54,895 bases of DNA from Octopus sinensis. Lineage: Eukaryota. Where the stretch lies: assembly GCF_006345805.1 (NCBI RefSeq), contig NW_021833826.1, positions 1-54,895 on the forward strand. Reading direction: 5' to 3'. A model generated the notes under the pieces. It did not search any database. It worked only from the letters and a program-made list of their open reading frames with translations, and was not told where the DNA came from. Positions within the stretch are counted from its first letter, which is position 1. Every line of letters begins with the position of its first letter. Made by a program: the position numbers and the translations under genes. Positions 53,153 through 54,895 of this stretch are shown in pieces.

Positions 53153-53329
53153 GAATATATGAGTACACTTTATTAAAGTAATCTGGTCAGATTTCGGAAA
53201 AACACTTGAAGGGGAGGTTTTTGGCATAAGGGGACAAAGAAATCCACGGGAATGAATCCAGCCAATCAATAGAACCATCTTTTAGGGTATTGAATGACTA
53301 CAATCTTTTCAAGGGAAGTAACAACTGCA

Positions 53330-54895
53330 ACACTTCCACATTTGCAATTAATTAAATAATTAAGCTGATTAGTTTATTGGTTACTGAGTCACTGTTTATT
53401 TCTGAATAGGGTAAGTTGGTTAAGCTGACAAAGATTCACTTTAAGGTTGTAATGGTGATACTACTACTACTAATAATAATGTAAATAATAGAATTATTTT
53501 TTGAAGCGGGAACCTGACAACAATTAGGAAAATAGATCTCTTCGACTTAATAACTTTGAAGCTGAAATGTTGATTTGTTGTTTATAAAATACTATGACCG
53601 ACTGTTACATGTGATAGAACTGAAATTAATTGGTAAAGTGAGAATAAAACAGCGTAATTAATTAGTAGAATGTGAGGAGTCCGATTGAAGAATTCCACAT
53701 TAATATATGTTATCTTGTTGTTTATGAGGCATTGATAAAACAGTAAGTTGATAAAGATTTACTCTAATGTTATATTAATAATAGTAATGATGATGATGAT
53801 TTGAAAACTGGCCCAGGGTCAGCAATGTTTAATACGAGCGATAAGTCGATTGCATGGGTTCCGGTTTTTTCCTGAAAGAGATGAAAGACGAAGTCGATCT
53901 CATCCGTATTTGAACGGTAAGTTGACAAAGATTTACTTTAAGGCTCTAATAGTGATACTACTACTAATAATAATAATGTGAATAATAGAATTCTGTGAAC
54001 CTCTCGATGTTACAGTAATTATTTTTCGAAGCGGGAACCTGACAACATTAAGAAAATATATTTGCTCGTCTTAATTAATAACTTCCAAACTGAAATGTTG
54101 ATCTGTTGTTTACGAAAACTTACGATCGACTTTTATATATGATATAAAGGAAATTAATTGGTAAAATGAGAGTAAAACGGCGTAATTAATTAGTAAAATG
54201 AAACCGATTGACGAATACCACGTTAATTTCTTTTGTCATGTTGTTTACGAGGCATTGATGAAACGGTAAGTCGATACAGATTTACGGATGTTTTCGGTTT
54301 GAACGACAGTTTTAAAAATAATTTTACCCCTAATCCTAACCCTAAAGCAGATTGAAACGCAATAGATCAATACTAGGGTCATAATTATGGGTGACAATTT
54401 CATATGACACTGCCGGTCAAACCGAAAAGATCCGATACTACTACTTCTAATGATAATGTAAGTAATAGAATTATGTGAACCTTTTAATGTTAAGTAATTA
54501 TTTTGAAGAGAATACATAACATTAGGAAAATATATTTGCTCGTCTTAAATAATAATTTCAAACTGAAATGTTGATCTGTTGTTTATGAAAACCTATTATC
54601 AACTGTTACATGTGATATAAAGGAAATTAATTGGTAAAATGAGAGTAAAACGGCGTAATTAATTAGTAAAATGAAACCGATTGACGAATACCACGTTAAT
54701 TTCTTTTGTCCTCTTGTTAATGAGGCATTGATGAAACGGTAAGTCGATACAGATTTACTTAAAGGTTATACTAATAATTGTAATGATGATGATGGTTTCA
54801 AATTTTGACGGAGGACTAGTAATCTTTAATGCGAGCGGGAGGAGGATTATATGGAACCCAGAATTTTCTGGAAGTAATGAAAGGCGAAGTCGACG
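53330..54895 (+). repeat. Tandem copies of the ZNF upstream donor block
   Basis: GTAAGT-containing units at ~53410, ~53917, ~54266 and ~54739; a short GGATC MITE interrupts at 54286-54433. Confidence 0.7.

Overview
Eukaryotic, AT-rich, repeat-dense DNA. It is most likely from an octopus (coleoid cephalopod); this is inferred from the [17 protein letters not shown]-type finger array and the tRNA-derived SINE repertoire, not from a database search. The window holds eight paralogous tandem-array C2H2 zinc-finger genes (Z1-Z8) in strictly alternating orientation (- + - + - + - +). Each has a conserved splice acceptor about 0.4-0.5 kb upstream of a single-exon coding region, and the seven 3' ends visible share a conserved 3' block. 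Z3, Z4 and Z7 are intact, Z1 runs off the left edge, Z6 is truncated by nonsense codons, Z5 and Z8 each carry a single 1-bp deletion, and Z2 is a clear pseudogene. The spacers are built from SINEs, CR1/RTE/Penelope/mariner fragments, several GG-terminal 8-bp-TSD (Merlin-like) MITE and foldback families, piggyBac-like MITEs and minisatellites. The most notable observations are: (i) the head-to-head segment between inverted ZNF genes appears flipped between two gene pairs, giving chimeric finger arrays; (ii) a Merlin-like MITE carries an NRF1/ETS promoter-like module plus a splice donor upstream of Z6; (iii) an inverted pair of degenerate hammerhead ribozymes; (iv) a shared splice-donor block upstream of most genes; (v) a conserved small ORF after the ZNF stop codons. 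All coordinates and alignments were read by eye. No prokaryotic features, CRISPR arrays, rRNA or true tRNA genes were found.
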